Source: an uncultured Nitrospinaceae bacterium
GTDB taxonomy: Bacteria > UBA8248
Length of the DNA stretch: 64,000 bases
NCBI GenBank assembly: GCA_964005815.1
Contig: CAXFSR010000036.1
Span: forward strand, 28,433-92,432
Direction of reading: 5' to 3'
Position 1 is the first letter of the stretch, and each line of letters starts with the position of its first letter. Under the pieces are notes generated by a model, which searched no databases, was not told the DNA's origin, and worked only from the letters and a program-made list of their open reading frames with translations. Shown piece after piece: positions 62,213 to 64,000 of this stretch. A program made the position numbers and the translations under genes.

Positions 62213-63184
62213 TTGAAAAAAAACAACTACAAACATAAAGTCGCTGTCGTTGGTGCTAGATTTGGTGCTTTAACTGTAGAAAATGAAATTCTAAATCCAA
62301 TAGGCTGCAAAATAGTCGAAGGATTAGGCAAAACTGAATCAGAACTTATTAAATTATGTGATGGTGCAGATGCTGTTATAGTAGGTTCTATATGTGATCT
62401 AACAGAACCAGTTATAAATTCCTTGAATAACTGCCAAATCATTTCTAGAGCTGGTGTAGGAACTGATAATATTGATAAAAGGACAGCAAAGAAGATGGGG
62501 ATCATAGTCACTTATGTTCCCGATTATTGCATAGATGAAGTTTCAGATCATGCGATGTCATTCATTTTGTATTATGCAAGAAAACTTCAAGAAGCTAAAG
62601 AAGAAGTTTTGTCTGGAAACTGGGGAATTTCAAATCTCAGACCAATATATCCTTTAAAAGAATCTATTTTAGGTATTCTTGGTATTGGGAGAATTGGGGC
62701 TTCTCTCGCAAAAAAAGCCTCTACTTTTGGAATGAAATTGATTGCCTTCGATCCATTCGCAGATGACTCAGTTTTCAAGAAATTAAAAGCACAAAAAGTG
62801 ACTTTACAACAGTTACTAAAAAAATCAGATTATTTATCCCTTCATGCTCCTTATACAAAAAAAACTAAAGAAATTATCCAAAAAAAAACACTATCTTTAA
62901 TGAATAAAAACGCAGTCATAATAAATGTTGCAAGGGGAGAACTAATCAATGAAACAGATCTGTATAGTTCTCTTAAAAAAGGAAGTATTCGTGCTGCTGC
63001 TCTTGATGTACTTACCGAAGAACCACCTAAAAAAACAAATAAACTGCTTACGCTAGAAAATTGTATTATCACTCCACATAGTGCATGGTACAGTACAAAC
63101 GCACAAAACGAGCTTCGTCAAAAAGCTGCTGAAGAAGTAAAAAGAGTATTATCAAAAAGAAAACCAAGAAATCAGATTAACTAA
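62213..63184 (+). CDS. D-isomer-specific 2-hydroxyacid dehydrogenase (CtBP-like)
   Basis: RAGVGTDNID, GIGRIG, NVARG, DVLTEEP, TPHSAW. Confidence 0.92.
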   Translation: MKKNNYKHKVAVVGARFGALTVENEILNPIGCKIVEGLGKTESELIKLCDGADAVIVGSICDLTEPVINSLNNCQIISRAGVGTDNIDKRTAKKMGIIVTYVPDYCIDEVSDHAMSFILYYARKLQEAKEEVLSGNWGISNLRPIYPLKESILGILGIGRIGASLAKKASTFGMKLIAFDPFADDSVFKKLKAQKVTLQQLLKKSDYLSLHAPYTKKTKEIIQKKTLSLMNKNAVIINVARGELINETDLYSSLKKGSIRAAALDVLTEEPPKKTNKLLTLENCIITPHSAWYSTNAQNELRQKAAEEVKRVLSKRKPRNQIN

Positions 63185-63204
63185 GTAAAATTAATTTCAT
63201 AGGA

Positions 63205-64000
63205 TTATTTCTCTATAGGAAATCCAACTATACTGCCCCACTCTGTCCATGAACCATCATAAACCTGCACGTTTGAATACCCTAGAATAAACACCATTGC
63301 AAACCATACCAATGTAGCTCTATGACTGAGTCTGCAGTAAACAACAATCTCTTTATCACTATCAGTGGAACCACAAATCGGTTCTATAACACTACGTAAT
63401 TCGTTATTTTCTTTAAAAGTACCGTCCTCATTAATCAATTGACCATAAAAGAGATGCGTTGCTCCCGGAATTCTCCCGGTTCTTTCAGCACCATGATCGA
63501 ACCCAGGTGGTGGCATTACACGCTCACCATTATATTCTTCGAAAGATCTTACATCTAACAACAAACGAACTGAGGATCTTAAGTTCTGCAAAACATTTTC
63601 TCTTCCAACAGAAAAAGAACTCAACTCATCAAAAGAAGAATTTCTTTTCTGTTCAAATGTCGATTGGATATCGGTAAGATCTCTACCCTCTGCTTTCCAT
63701 TTTTTTAATCCTCCATCAAGAACGCAAACTTTCTGATGACCACACATTCTTAGAACCCAATACGCATAAGTTCCAAATTGTACAGGATCACCATATAAGA
63801 CTACTGTGGTCTCTGAATCAATCCCAAAAGTTCCTAAACGTATAGCTAAATCTTCCGGGGAAGGAAAAGACCTGTCAGTCTCATGCCAAAGAACTGATTT
63901 CCAATACCACCAAACGGAACCTTGGATATGCTCTTTTTTAAACTCTAAATCGTCATTCGTAAATGAAACTTGCACTACTTTGATACTAGGATCATTTAAG
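63205..64000 (-). CDS. Two-domain rhodanese/sulfurtransferase; N-terminus lies beyond the window
   Basis: HIQG, LDGG, LDVRS, GRIPGA, CRLSHRA active loop, YDGSWTEW. The frame stays open past 63975 to the window end (LNDPSIKVVQV). Confidence 0.9.
   Translation of the reverse strand, partial: LNDPSIKVVQVSFTNDDLEFKKEHIQGSVWWYWKSVLWHETDRSFPSPEDLAIRLGTFGIDSETTVVLYGDPVQFGTYAYWVLRMCGHQKVCVLDGGLKKWKAEGRDLTDIQSTFEQKRNSSFDELSSFSVGRENVLQNLRSSVRLLLDVRSFEEYNGERVMPPPGFDHGAERTGRIPGATHLFYGQLINEDGTFKENNELRSVIEPICGSTDSDKEIVVYCRLSHRATLVWFAMVFILGYSNVQVYDGSWTEWGSIVGFPIEK

Overview
Low-GC, gene-dense bacterial chromosome segment with about 65 CDS, the RNase P RNA and one tRNA(CAT). I saw no IS, prophage, CRISPR array or rRNA. 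Positions 1-35 kb are core housekeeping, all on the minus strand: purH(partial)-ilvA-rnpB-rnhA-Zn ribbon-tRNA-Ile2-rpoD-dnaG, a his cluster, murA-prmC-prfA-rpmE-rho-coaE, two DUF507 genes, gcvTHP with a lipoyl ligase, thiolase/hbd/acyl-CoA dehydrogenase, rluD-lspA-ileS-trpS. Positions 35-64 kb are mixed-strand and rich in catabolic enzymes of unknown substrate, plus a two-gene split NifJ-type 2-oxoacid:ferredoxin oxidoreductase and a complete mrpA-G Na+/H+ antiporter. The gene order resembles Deltaproteobacteria/Nitrospinota-like lineages, but this is inference only. The best discovery is a probable selenoprotein that the ORF track truncates. The frame 44463..45215 reads MEPVKIYTRHG-TGA-FSC..., giving a glutaredoxin/NrdH-like U-x-x-C domain fused to a DinB-like His-triad domain. 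It has a strong RBS and a SECIS-like hairpin downstream of the TGA, and it is divergent from the PFOR operon. Other observations: a long rut-like rho leader, an M20 hydrolase with altered metal ligands, tandem Gfo/Idh/MocA paralogues, three unusually basic soluble enzymes, a degenerate IleRS zinc finger and very frequent TTG starts. All counts are by hand and no database searches were run.
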